From Ancylonema sp. (lineage: Eukaryota): a stretch of DNA of 53,421 nucleotides. The notes below the pieces were generated by a model. That model did no database searches, was not told where the DNA came from, and saw only the letters and a program-made list of their open reading frames with translations. Position 1 is the first letter of the stretch; each line of letters begins with the position of its first letter. The translations under genes were made by a program, and so were the position numbers. Positions 13,135 to 25,058 of the stretch are shown here, piece after piece. The DNA is taken from contig JBFLGF010000211.1 in the NCBI GenBank assembly GCA_050230475.1, positions 1-53,421 of the forward strand, read 5' to 3'.

Positions 13135-16100
13135 GGGTTTTCAGGCCATGGCTCTTCTGTGTGAGGCTGTGGAGAAGGAGGACCCCGGTGTGCGCATAGG
13201 GGCGATCATGGGGCTGGGGCTTGCGTACGTGGGAGCAGAGAAGGAGGAGGTACGAAGAAACACGATGGACAGGAAACGGAATACAGAGCCCCTTTTTTTT
13301 CACCCCTTATACCTTATATCTTCTTTCCTTTTCTATACCTTTTCCCCCTTCGAATGTATCTGACGTATATATTAGGTTTTGAATCTTAAGTCATGAAGAA
13401 AAGGGAGGAGTAGAAAGAGTTCCTTCTAGGTACTAGTTCCATTCGAGGTATTTGATATCAGTGCACCACAAAAAGTTCACAGCTTTCCTTTTTCATTACT
13501 ATCATGGCAAACCAGCAGCCTCCGTTTTTGGAGTAAACATCCAGCCCGCATACCTCCCAGCCATTGCTTCATCCTTATTCATGTCCGTGTCTTTACTGTT
13601 TGCATTCCTTTCCTTTTACTGTTTTCATTCTCTTGTCTTTTTCTTACTTTCACTATATCTTTTTCTCAACTTGGTCTTTCATATTTATTTCCAATCAGGA
13701 AAAAACGCCAACCTGACACCCCCCCCCCCCCCATTCCTGCCCCAGAAACCCCCCATAAAAACCCATCCCCCCCGCAAAAAACCTAGCCACACCGTAAACA
13801 ACCCAAAAAATAACCCAGAAAAAACCTCCAGAAAAACCCACCCCCCCCCCCCTAAAAAAGTACCCTTCCCCTCCCCCCCTCGAAAACCCATCCCCCCCCC
13901 CCCACCCCCCAGCTCCTCTCCCTCCTCGTCCCCCTGATCATCGACCTGTCCGTCCCCCTGGACGTGTGCGCCTTCTCCTGCGTCTCCCTGGGGCTCATCT
14001 TCGTAGGGACGGCCAATGAGGAGGCGGCAGCCGCCATACTAGGGGCCATGGAGGAGAGGGAGGGGCAGATGGGGGAACCGTGTGCCAGGTTCCTGGCGAT
14101 GGGGTTGGGGCTGCTGTTCATGGGGAAACAGGTGGGGGGGGGGGGGGGGAGGGCGGTGGGAGAGGGGTGGGGGTTTCTTGAGGATTATTTTTGAGGGTTT
14201 CTGAGGGTTCTTGGAGGTTTTTGAGGCTTTTATTTGAGTTCCCCCCCATTTCTCGCCTGTGTTTTGGGTTTCTACTAGGGTTTATTAGTGGGGTGGGGTG
14301 GTTTATTGGGGTTTATTTCTGGGGGTTCTGGTTTTTCTGGGGTTGAAAGGTTATGGCAGGGGTGCTGTGGGGGAAAGCAAGAAGTGAAGAATAGAGGAAG
14401 GAAAGACAAAAAAGTAGACCAAGACCATGACCATGACCATGATAAAGACCCGAACCCATCCCCCCCCAAACAAGACAAAAATGAACAGCCTATTAATATC
14501 TCGATTCGATCGTCCCCCCCACCCCCCCCCTTCAGTCTGCCGCCCACGCCACCCTCTCTGTGGTGGACACGTTGGGAGAGAAGATGAAGTCGTACACCCA
14601 AATCACACTCGACTCGCTGGCGTATGCGGGGACAGGGAACGTACTCAAGGTGGGAAAAGGGAAACTGGGGGGGGGGGGGGGGGGTGTGGGTGGGGTTCAG
14701 GGGGAAGAGGGGGGGTCTAAAGTTTGGGTTTTTTTATTTTGGGTTTAGAATTTGAGGTTTTGGTTGTGCCATGATTAGGGGGGAGATACCCCCCTCTTCT
14801 CTAGATGTAACCCCTTTTATTATGAACCTATGTCACATGAGTACCTGTGTTAAAACATTGTATGGCAACACTTGACAACCCTCGGCCCCCACGCTCCCGG
14901 ATCCTCCAACCCCTGAGACCTTATGCCGTACACAATTTCAGGACCCCAGACCCTGCCAACCTACTCCAAAGACCACTTCACATGTTTCTCAAACCCGAAA
15001 TACTCTTCCCCCTCTCCACTACCCCCCTTCCTCCCCTCCCCCCAACCCCTAACCAAAGACGGACAAACAAAGAAAAACAAAGAAAACAAAAAAAACAAAA
15101 AAAAAACCAAAACTAAATCCATCAAACTCTCCCAACACCAAAACCCCCTCTCCCCCCCCCTCCAGATCCAATCCCTCCTCTCCCTCTGCGGCGAGCACCT
15201 CCCCGAGGGCTCCATCACCACCCACCAGTCCGCCGCAGTCCTAGGCCTGGCCCTCATTGCAGGGGGGGAAGAGGTGGGGACGGAGATGTGCCTGAGAGCC
15301 CTCCAGCACCTCCTCCAGTACGGAGACCCCCCCGTGAGGAGAGCTGTGCCGCTGGCAATGGGGCTGCTGGCGGACTCCAACCCCAAGATTGGGGTCATGG
15401 ACGCGCTCAGTAGGCTCAGTCACGATGCGGACGCGGAGGTGGCAATGGTGAGGGGGGAGGGGGAATGGGTGGGGGTGGGAGTCTGGGGGATGGGGGGATG
15501 GGGGGTTGGGGAATGGGATGGTGTGGGGGGGGATGTGGGGAAGGGATGGAAGGTTTGTTTTCTGTGTGTGCTTTAATCCTTCTTTAGTCGAGAGGGTGGT
15601 TCCGAGATTTTCTTGTTTTTGTTTGAGGGAAATTTCCTTCAAGCTTCCCACACACACTGAACCCAAATCTTTGCCCTGCACGTTGGTCAGTGCACCCAAT
15701 AATCCTTGAGGAAACACACGCTTCATCGTAAATATTCTAGTACCATCATTTAGTTTCACGATGGAATATAAACAGGACACCCGTTTACAATTCTGCCTTC
15801 CAAACTGATTCCCTCCATCTCCTGTCTTATTCCAAAATGGCATGTCCCAATTTTTCCACACCCCCACCCCCATTCCCCCCCCCCCCTCCCCCCCCAGGGT
15901 GCTGTTCTGTGCCTCGGGCTCATTGGCGCTGGCACCAACAACGCCAGAATCGCCTCTCTCCTCCGCAGCCTCTCTTCATATTACGCAAAAGACGCAAGCG
16001 CGCTGTTTGCCGTACGGATCGCCCAGGGTCTGACGCATATGGGGAAGGGGCTGCTCACTCTCAACCCCTTTCATTCCGACAAACTGCTGTGCTCCAAGTG

Positions 16101-16971
16101 AGTTGGTGGGGGTTGTTGTTTTGAGGGGAGGGGGGGGAGGGGGGATTGTGTGTTTTTTTTTTTTTTAATGTGTTTGTTATTGTTATAAATAACGAAACGA
16201 TGAGGTGAAACAATTGGGGTCGTTTTTGGCTCTCTTCTTCGTACGTGGAAAATATAGAAAAGGGGGGAAAAAAAGAAGCCCCTTCCTTGTTTTTTATTGG
16301 TGTTTTTACACACCGGGGTTCAATCGTAGATGCTGTCTTGGAGAATAGGAAGGGGGCAAAAGTTCTCGCTTGCGTCGTAATAACCCCCTGTGTTATAATA
16401 CACCACTATATCCCTTGCGTCATACCAACCCCCGTATTATAATACTCCCTCATTTCCCTCCCCTTCTAATACCCCCCTCTGTTATGCTATTCTGTCCTCC
16501 CCCCCAGTGTTGCCCTGGCTGGTTTGAGCACCTTCCTCCACAGCTGCCTTGACATCAAGGGGGTCATTCTGGGGAGGCACCACTACGCACTGTACTACCT
16601 GGTGCCGGCCATTCAGGTGAAAATAACAGAGGGGAGGGGGAGAGGAAACGAGTCGGCCCAGGTGAAAAGAACTGAGGAAGGGAAGGGGAAAATAATTGGC
16701 CCAGGTGAAAATAGCAGAGAAACAAAAACATGAACCCCAGCACCAGTTGGACCACTTAAAAAAATAATGCAAAAAGACGTAAAAATATTGTATAATTATA
16801 TACGGTCAGTAATAACGGGTGAGAGGCTAGTACAAAATTCGATGCCGATGTTTTTGTCCCCCTCTCCAAACCCAAAGACGGCCCCTGATCCGAAAGTATT
16901 TCCCATCAATATTTTGATCGTTGCACAGAAACTTGAAACCGCATTGAAAGACAAAACCCCCTCCAAGAACA

Positions 16972-17003
<32 letters not shown>

Positions 17004-17742
17004 GAATAAAAAATAATTGCATAAAAAATACCATACATCTCGCGACCCATCTAAACTCCCCCCCACTTTCCCAACCCCCCCCCCCCCCTCCGCCCACCCC
17101 CCTCCAGCCCCGCTTGCTGTTAACCGTTGACGAGAACCTCCAACCCCTCCCCGTGAGCGTCCGTGTGGGGACGGCCGTGGACATTGTGGGACAAGCGGGG
17201 AGACCCAACACCATCACAGGGGGGCAAACACACACCACACCCGTGCTGCTGGCAACGGGGGAGAGGGCAGAGTTGGCAACCAACAAGTGAGGGGGGGGGA
17301 TGAGAGTGGTGGGGGGTTGGGGGGGGGTCTGGTATGGTAGGGTGGGGGGAGGGGGAGGGTGGGGGGAGAAGTGGGTGGTTTTTTTTTTTTTTTTTTTTTT
17401 TGGGGGGAGGAGGGGTTGGGGGCGGGGCGGGGTGTAGGGGGGGGGCGGGGTGGAGGGGTGGCGGGAATATGATGGTTTGCAACAGAGGGCTGTGGAAAAT
17501 GAATGTGGTTTGTATTTTGTTCAGTTTTTTTCCCCCTTTTTTTTGATCTTTGTTTTGTTTTGTTGTGTAATGTGTTTTGTGTGGGTGTGTGTGGTGTTGT
17601 AGTACTGAAATCTGACGTGGATTTACTGCTTCGCGTTTTTTGTGTTTTTTTTCCCTGTAGGTACATTCCGTTGACGTCCGTGCTAGAGGGATACGTGATT
17701 CTAAAGAAGAACCCCAACTATGTGGAGGACCATCTAGGGTAG
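4301..17742 (+). CDS. RPN1: 26S proteasome non-ATPase regulatory subunit RPN1 (PSMD2 homolog), 22 exons, one in-frame TGA
   Basis: GT-AG exons: 4301-4414, 4643-4743, 5413-5530, 6480-6539, 7061-7128, 7772-7814, 8230-8295, 8409-8447, 8727-8809, 9337-9451, 10131-10364, 10962-11069, 11574-11666, 12268-12408, 13145-13249, 13913-14131, 14536-14649, 15166-15447, 15898-16097, 16508-16616, 17108-17286, 17661-17742. Total 2673 nt (890 codons + TAG), all phases consistent. Motifs: [135 protein letters not shown] at 11058-11060 is codon 380. Confidence 0.95.
7121..7256 (+). repeat. 34-bp minisatellite (4 copies) built on the RPN1 exon 5 donor junction
   Basis: Units start at 7121, 7155, 7189 and 7223, each TA(T/C)GTCAG|GTA...AACCC...AATTA. 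Confidence 0.9.
8019..8202 (+). repeat. 33-bp minisatellite (5 units plus a partial) in RPN1 intron 6
   Basis: Units start at 8019, 8052, 8085, 8118, 8151 and 8184 (GTGCCTATA(T/A)CGAGGGTGT...). Confidence 0.9.
8860..9250. repeat. Degenerate (TGGCAGAAAG)n / (CGGCAGAAA)n array in RPN1 intron 9
   Basis: Many 9-10-bp GGCAGAA units; explains the spurious repetitive ORFs at 8691-9484. Confidence 0.85.
9501..9694. mobile_element. pogo-like MITE remnant in RPN1 intron 10
   Basis: CCCTCGATATAAGAAAC at the left, GTTTCTTATATCGGGG at the right, internal TAAGAAAC repeats; same motif family as the element at 3082-3981. Confidence 0.45.
11678..12080. repeat. Diverged ~220-bp tandem duplication with AAAACCCT-like runs in RPN1 intron 13
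   Basis: GGCAG(A/G)ACGAAA...CTGAACCCCAAACCC...TACCCTCA(A/G)TACTCCAA(A/G)GAACCC...AAAACCCTAAAA occurs twice (~11678 and ~11898). Confidence 0.7.
12455..12548. repeat. AT-rich simple repeat (TATAATAA-like)
   Basis: Directly visible; source of the YYII-repeat ORFs on the minus strand. Confidence 0.85.
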
Positions 17743-18359
17743 AACGTGTACATCAAAAAAGGAGGAGGTCTAGGCTCGTGGAGTCGTTGTGATTCGAGCT
17801 CAAGAGAGGAAAAAAAATAGAAATGGAAATGGAAGAAAAAAAAAGGGATTGGAAAGGGGTTTGATTGAAAATCGCTTTGTTGCCTTCCATCGCATGAGAG
17901 AGAGGAGAGGTGTATTTTGTGGTCGAAATTAAGTCGGTGGGTTTGAGCGAGGACAGGGAACAAGCTTGTAAATTTACAAAAACACCATTTTGCAAAGCCT
18001 TGACACTCGCTCACTCTCTCCCCCCCTCTCTCTCTCGCCTTTTCTTCCCGCAACAATTTTGTTGTCTTGTATGAATCTACTTTGTTGCATGCCTTGGTGT
18101 TGATTCACAAGGAATCATGCTTCTCCAAAAGAAAGGCAAAAGTACATGCGGGCCAAGCATTCTGTGCTTGGTTGGCTCAATAAGACGCAATCATTGAAGC
18201 ATGCCTTTCGAAAATTTGTGACAACGAAGAAACGTGTGTAACATTTGTCGCACTAGAACTAGTTGGGTCCCGGATGTGTCCGGGCCTAGACGAGTCCAGG
18301 TCGTGCCCAGATTCCCGGACACGTGGGGCCAACCATGATTCTAAGTAAGTAACCGTGCG

Positions 18360-18624
18360 CATAGTTGGTCCCGATCCATCCCGATTCCCGATCCGGATTG
18401 GCGCCAGATCGAAAATAATCGGATCGGATCTGGCCCACCATGAAGAAGAAGAACATTAGAAAAAAAAACACTTTTATTTGGGGTTGTTCGTCTTAATGGG
18501 TTCATATGAAATATTTTTCTTCCCCAACAATTTCCACCTAATGTTCGACGCCTCCGATCCGAATGGGATCCGTACAGATCGCCGCGAGATTGGAAGTTCA
18601 CCAATCGGATTGGGACCGACTATG
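18360..18624. mobile_element. hAT-type MITE
   Basis: TIRs CATAGTTGGTCCCGATCC and (reverse complement) CATAGTCGGTCCCAATCC; 8-bp flanks ACCGTGCG / ACCGTGCA (7/8 match); internal GATCCG repeats. Confidence 0.75.
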
Positions 18625-18973
18625 ACCGTGCATAAGTTCGTGTGAATAGGAAAAACGATACCAATACCAATACGAGATACCAAGACATGATTAGAATGAT
18701 AAAAAGTTGTACCATGATGAAACACGGGGGATTATGCAACATGACTTAAAAACTATGAAAATCCCACACTTTTTTAACAAATGTATTCTGGAGTGGAAAA
18801 GCATTGCCTAACATTGATAGCAAGTGTATGGAAAAAGTCAAAGAGATAATGTTTCTTAACACAAAGAAAGGAACCATACACGAAGCGCGAATACGAATTT
18901 TAAATGACATTTTGAGAATCACATAATGCAAGAAATAAGTATCCAGGAAGTTGCAAAAGAATGTCACTCTCAT

Positions 18974-19182
18974 TTATTTAGCCTCTGGAGCCTTGGGCTT
19001 GTTTTTCTCCTCCTCTTTGGTCAGTGCTCTTTGGAGTCCGATGACGATGAAGAGGTTGGTGAGAGTTAAGAGCGATTCCGCACTGCCGTGTAACCAGTCC
19101 ACGTTGGAGAGAGAGGTGCCGTAATGTAATTTGGCTGCGCGAAGGGGGGGGGAATAAAATCAAATTCAAAATTTTTTAAATG

Positions 19183-19216
<34 letters not shown>

Positions 19217-20997
19217 CAAACCTGAGATCACAAAATAAACATTGACTTCCTTCCACTCCTCTCCCCTTGGTTGTTCTAACACTTTTAATATTTAAATACA
19301 ATTGTTCACAAAGTCGAGGTGAGTTTCCACTCCTATCGTGACGTGAAGTGTAACAATTATTGAAGTGAAAAAATTCATGCCGTATTCATCACCCACTCCT
19401 GTTATAGTGACACCCGGCTATAGTGACGAAAGTCAGTATAGAATGTTATGCCACTCTAGCGGGGTTTCTGTGTACATCTACATACATATGTATAGATTAT
19501 GGAGGCTTACTTTAAATTCTGAACACTTCAATTCTCAAGGAGTGTAAAAGCAAAGAAAGGCATGAGGAAACATACTATATGCAATATCCAACAGACTACA
19601 GGTTTGAATGATCATACATCAATGGAAAAGAAATACACTCACACTTCTATAAAGACACACGTTCGGTTATTTCAATAAAGTGCCCTCACTAGGGATCGTG
19701 GAGCCCACTAAGACCCTCTGGGTTGCGGGCTGCGCAGCCCGCAGCCCATGGGTTGTGGGCTCCTCCATCTCTAGTCCTCACAGGGGGAGTGCTTTTACAG
19801 AAAGATCAATCTGCTGAATTAGAAAAACTCGTTTGTCAACTTTTGTTATCTTTATCAAGGTTGCCACTCTACAAAGGGTGTCCTTTGGGGGGGGGTTGGC
19901 ATCTGAATGGTGTGCCCACTGCAGTTGGCATTCCAATCCGATTGCTCTAGTGGTCTCAATTTTAGGGATATAAAGTAGACCTAAAGTTACTAAAGTTACT
20001 AAAGTTACTATTTAAAGTAGACCTAAAGTCAACATTACTGAAGAGATGAAGGGTTGCTCACCATATATACCGGCAGGGACTGGAAAACAAAACAACAACA
20101 GCCCCCCCCCACATCCGGGTAGGTCAGCGACGAGGATACAAGGTCGACAAGGTGGTTTGTTATTAATAACAATGATAAAAACATAAAATGACTGGCTGGA
20201 GGGGATGATGTACAATAGAACTTAGAGACCCGAAAATAGAAGCCATTTTCTGCCTAAATGGCAGATTCACAAATGGAAAACTTAAAGATAAAACAAATAT
20301 TTTTTAGCAGGGCCGTTGCTACAATAGAATCTCGATATAAGAAACCTGGAAAATGCCGAGAAAATGCATCTTATAATCGAATGTTATTGTACAGGGTATC
20401 GTATTCTATATTTGAAAACTCTTCAGAAGGGTAAAAACTTTGCTGCTTCAATTGCGAATAGTTGCTTATAACGAGGTTTCTTATGTATCGGCGTTCTCCT
20501 GCATTCTTACTCGTAGCGCCCACGAAGGCGAGGAGAAAATAAAAGCCGAAGAGAGTGAGGCCGGGGGCAGTCTTGGATCTTGTGAGATGATACAAAAAGC
20601 CCAAATAAGGGAGCAGGGAGAGGGCAAAGAGGGAGGAAGCGATACTTTGCGAATCCACTGACGGAGCCCAGGGGTCGATCCCTGGAGCGATACGTGTGAC
20701 GATACCGGCTCGTTTCGGACGTACAGGGAGAGATCTAGACTCCGTACAAGTGCTGGAATGTCGGCTCAAATTTCCGGTAAAGAGAGGTCTGGGAACGAGC
20801 GGTTTACGGTTAACGGGTACACCTAGCAGACATATGGAAGCGGGTTGAGAGGCCGGAGATATCGCTGACCGACCGCATTTCATATTATTTCCACTTATCT
20901 TTCCGCTTACAACAGAATTGCGGAGTAACAGACTGCATTCGAAGGAATTTGAGCTGGCTCCACTTCTTGCAAGTGACGGGCATCTCAGCTGCGCCAT
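18974..20997 (-). CDS. DUF3593-family membrane protein, probably plastid-targeted; 3 exons, 221 aa
   Basis: Exons 20997-20511, 20079-20062 (18 nt) and 19134-18974 join in phase: ...SSLFALSLLPYLGFLYHLTRSKTAPGLTLFGFYFLLAFVGATIPAGIYAKLHYGTSLSNVDWLHGSAESLLTLTNLFIVIGLQRAL...*. Ser/Arg-rich N-terminus resembles a transit peptide. Start uncertain (alternative ATG at 21045). Confidence 0.88.
19690..19773. mobile_element. 84-bp hairpin hAT-type MITE in DUF3593 intron 2
   Basis: TAGGGATCGTGGAGCCCAC ... GTGGGCTCCTCCATCTCTA; flanks GCCCTCAC / GTCCTCAC (7/8 match); central near-palindrome TGGGTTGCGGGCTGCGCAGCCCGCAGCCCA. Confidence 0.75.
20322..20485. mobile_element. pogo-like MITE in DUF3593 intron 1
   Basis: TA-CAATAGAATCTCGATATAAG ... 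CTTATAACGAGGTTTCTTATG-TA imperfect TIRs with TA flanks. Confidence 0.5.
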
Positions 20998-21261
20998 CCC
21001 GTTAACGGTGTTACATACACACGCGGGTTGCGACAATACAGGCATGTGTGTCGACGAGCATTCCTCGAGACAGCGCGAGTATGGACACGTGGCAGAACCG
21101 TACACGACGGAATAATTCAGGACGCACAAGTTTTAATCTGCAGGTGTTGAAGCTGAGAGGGGTATCAGAGCATCAACTACGAAAGCAGAACATCATCATC
21201 ATCTACTCGCTCCTCAGTATAAGCACTTTTCGTAAGTGCACCATACAGTCATCCCGCTGTA

Positions 21262-21532
21262 CCGTACTGGGCACCGTAAAAGATTTTTAATTAATTATTT
21301 AAACCCGAAATCAATCATTTATATTAATACCTATGAGGTCGGTATCATTATCCAAAAATCATTGATATTAATACCATGTCTGGATTTGTTTTGAATTTTG
21401 TATGTAGGTTACCAGAAATCATTGCCAGAAATCATCAATAATAACCACCGGATTCCCGGAATCTTTCTTACAAATCATTAACAAATTAATTCGTTTTGAA
21501 AAAACAGAAATCATTTACGGTGCCCAGTACGG
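21262..21532. mobile_element. Tc1/mariner-type MITE (271 bp)
   Basis: 25-bp TIR CCGTACTGGGCACCGTAAA(A/T)GATTT with one mismatch, TA on both sides; AT-rich interior with AAATCATT repeats. Confidence 0.85.
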
Positions 21533-22323
21533 TATATGCAACCTTCGTATGCGCACGCTCTCTGGAAAGAAATCAGATTTGCCTATCAGAATGTACAGGC
21601 ACACCATGCATAAAGGCACCAAAAGGGTGCCTTAAAAGCGGGATTGTATGCAGCTTAAACCTCTACCTCTCTATATGCCTTTAAAGTGATGTAATACATT
21701 CCCCTTCCACTTAACATAGCGAGGGTGTAATTATTATTTAACCCCTTCCAAGTCCCACTCCAACTTCATTTCTCGTCTTTGAATGTATCAATGGAGATTT
21801 TCATTGATACAAATACAAGTACAAGTCCGTACCATTACTCTGCCCAAGAAGAAGTAGTCGACGTGGGTGGGGCCAACATAAAATGAAAGTAACAAAAGGT
21901 TTCGTGCATCACGTGCATGCTAGACAATGGATGGTCGTGCGATATCGGTTACCCATTGGTATGCAAGGCTTATCGTGATGCCATGTGGCGCATAGTTGTA
22001 CCAACCTGCCAGACCGGGGTATCAAGGGCCCGCATCTCGAACATGATTCCGTCCTTGGACACAAATCCACGGACCATTAATTTTTCTTTTCTTTTCCCCC
22101 CTTCGGCGATTTTGAGAGGTTTTCCGCAAAGGAAAAAAATCGGAAACTGTTTCCGAATCGGTGTTGCATCGGGACGGCAAAAATGCTTGCAAACCCCGTA
22201 TTACAAACGCGTACGTACGGAATACATGCGTACGGCGAAAGTTGCAAACGGCGTTTGCAAAAGGTTTGCATTTGCAAACGTTTTGCAAACGTTCGAAACT
22301 CCAAACGTTTCGCAAACGTCAAC

Positions 22324-22820
22324 TGTAGGAATATTCGGATAGCCATGTCTTATGCTTGCGAGTCCGGTTGTGACCGGTTGCTCTAACCGGGCGCCATATT
22401 CCTAGATGTGCTTGTATGCGGGGCCAGGCACGATTGTGTCCGGGCACCTGATGTGTTGCCACGCTTAATGTCGACACTTGGAGTCGTTAATAGCGGTTCG
22501 CGTGCTTGACATGACTTGATTGGCTAGATTTAGTCATGTCAGAATGTCCGGCATGAGCCGTTGACATATGTGATTAGGTGTTAAGTTGTAATAGGCCGAC
22601 GGTCAATAGTTCCGACTGTCGGCAATAATTGACGTTGCGAGTGTACGAGGCATCGGGGTGTTATCAACCCGATGCCGTCACTTTTCATTATTACCAACCA
22701 TTATTCGTTCCACAAACGCAACTCTTGTCTCGTTGATCATCAGTGTAAGAGATCCTTTTGCGTACGGTTCGTTTGTCGCCCACCAAATCTCCTGCACGTT
22801 TAATCGCTCAAAAGCTTAAA
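22324..22820 (+). repeat. 5' LTR of element 1
   Basis: TGTAGGAAT...AGCTTAAA; direct repeat of 26125-26621. Confidence 0.95.
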
Positions 22821-22834
22821 GGTTATGGGCCCAC
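22821..22834 (+). promoter_or_regulatory. Primer binding site for a half-molecule of initiator tRNA-Met
   Basis: GGTTATGGGCCCAC directly after the LTR, complementary to the anticodon arm GUGGGCCCAUAACC; the copia/Ty5/Osser priming mode. Confidence 0.88.
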
Positions 22835-22996
22835 GTGCGGTCTAGTTTAGACGCCGTGTTGGTTAAGAACTACAGGCTCCACGCGATCCGCTGGGAAGAT
22901 CTTTGTGAACGGTAAATTGTGTCTGTGAGGGCAAATTTAGCCGACGTAACACGTGATTTCGACATTGCAGTGCAGGAAATTGAGCTGTGAGGTGCA

Positions 22997-25058
22997 TTGC
23001 AGGAATTGCACTTTGAGCTGAAGCTGCGTGAGAATTCTCGTAAATCCTACACAATTGTTGCCATAAATGTCGGACAAGTCGCAAATTCCGCAATTTACTG
23101 GGCCTTCAAGGTCAAATATGGGTTAGTAGACAAAAAGCTGCATCGTGTGGTCATGGATTGGGATAGCCTGCTGTGGCGGCGTCGTCCCGAGGTTATTTTG
23201 CCATTGACCCCAGATAATGAGTTGCAGTTTACTGCTAGGGGAATTGACGTTGATGTCGAGAGGAGGACCAGGGAGTTGTAGATTTCCCAGCAGCTGCCAC
23301 AGCTCGAGACATGGGACGAGGAGAATTTGGTTGCCATGGCCTACATCGTCAAGCATTTGGGTCCCTCGGAGCTAACGCACGTCACAGACTGCACGACAAC
23401 TGCCGGGATGTGGGAGGCATTGAAGACATTCTATATGGTGCAGGGAGCGATCGAGATCGCTAACACCGAGGCGCTGCTGAGCGCGATTACACAGGCGGAG
23501 GCTGAAGACCTCAACGTTTACGTGAAGCGGCTGCAGCAAATTCATCAGGACCTGAAGAATCTGGGTGCGCCGGTGACGCCGATGAAGCAGGCGATCAACC
23601 TGCTAAACTCCCTCAACACTCACTACAGCCCCATGGTGTCGACTCTCATGCCGTGGTCGGAGTCATCACCGCATCTCTTCACGATTCCGCACATCGTGAG
23701 TGCGCTGCTGCGCGACGATGTCCGCAAGGTGCTAGAATGCGAGGAAGAGAGGGGCGGTGCCAGGAGGCCACCATGCCAATTATGGAGGATCTGAAAGGGG
23801 TGGCGGATCTGGAGGCAGCAGCAGACAAGGTGGAGGGGGTGGAGCTGGTCGTAGAGACGCTGGAGGCGATAAGTGCTTCGGCTGCGATCAATTCAGCCAC
23901 ATCACAGCGAATTGTCCTTCACCAGGCGTTGGCGGAGGCCATGCTGGAGCTCGGAAACGCCAGAGGTGCCTTCAGCCAGGACATAAAGCCGCACAGTGGA
24001 GATCGGCGGCCCCATCAAGACATCAGGGAGGAACAGAAATCCAGTGCCATTACTGTGGCAAACAGTGGCATGCACTGAGTGATTGCGAGTCTAAGGAGGG
24101 AGCTCAAGCTAGGCTTGCAGCATGCTCCGACGATCCTGTTTGCGTATCAATCCATAGGGCTTATGGAGCATCTTCAGGAGGAGGGGTGGTTTGTGATGAG
24201 AAAGAGGGGCGTTTGATCTTAGACTCGGGTGCATCGGACCACATCTTTCCTAGTTCGGATTGCATGACTGGGTATAGTCAATTGGCCAGCCCCGAATACG
24301 TCTACACGCCTGACAACAAAGCCCACGAGGTGAAAGGAAGCGGCTTCGTGACCCTTGCCGTGCAGTGTGGCTCGGAAGTGGTGCATCGCCGGCTGATCGC
24401 ACTCCATGTGCCAAGCATTGAGCAGCAGCTGGTCAGCATGACGCGGCTGAACGAGAGGGGGGATGTGGAGTTCCACTTGAAGGTGGGGGGTGTGTCTAGT
24501 TTGACTAGGGGGGGTAGGAAGTGGTGTGACGTGAAAAGGGGGCAGGGGGCATAATGGATTGTGCAGGGCTCCATTATTCAGCCCAGAAGGATGCAAGTGA
24601 ATCTCGTTCAACGCAGGCCTGAACCTTTGAAACCTCAACCCTTACCTTCCCCTCAAATCAAAGAATTTGAAGCTCAAGAGCCTCTACCCCGACCTTCCAC
24701 CATCCCTGAAACACCTAAGTCCATGAACTTGAAGTCAAAGTTGGGTGGTTTAGGGAGAAAAACAGGATATGAGATCCTAGAGGAGTTGCTAGGTGATAGC
24801 AAGGCATATGGGGGTGCCAGAGGGCAGGTGTTAGTGAGGGATAGGTCCAGGATCAGGACAGGTGTCATAACAAACAGTCCACACCCCTACTTAACTTCCA
24901 AACCCTACGCCCCGCCTGACTTGCTGGCTGATGTATGCGCGGTCTGGTGTAGTGGTCGAGGGGGTGTGCTAGCTGGTGCTAGGGGGTGTGGAAAAGGGAA
25001 CAGTCTGTTTGCATATGGTAGGGGGCATTCCTGCCCATGTTATTTGTGTGGTGGATAG
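22997..25058 (+). pseudogene. Disrupted copia gag-protease plus unrecognised C-terminal extension (element 1)
   Basis: YWAFKVKYGLVDKKLH; TTAGMWEALK (UBN2-like Gag); knuckles CFGCDQFSHITANC and CHYCGKQWHALSDC plus one degenerate; protease LILDSGASDH...LHVPSIEQQLVS; stops and frameshifts between ORF pieces. Confidence 0.85.

Noticed and set aside
24674..24868. Antisense ORF conserved in both LTR elements
   Set aside because: Similarity is explained as the mirror of the sense frame, where differences such as TTG/CTG are synonymous; not fully excluded.
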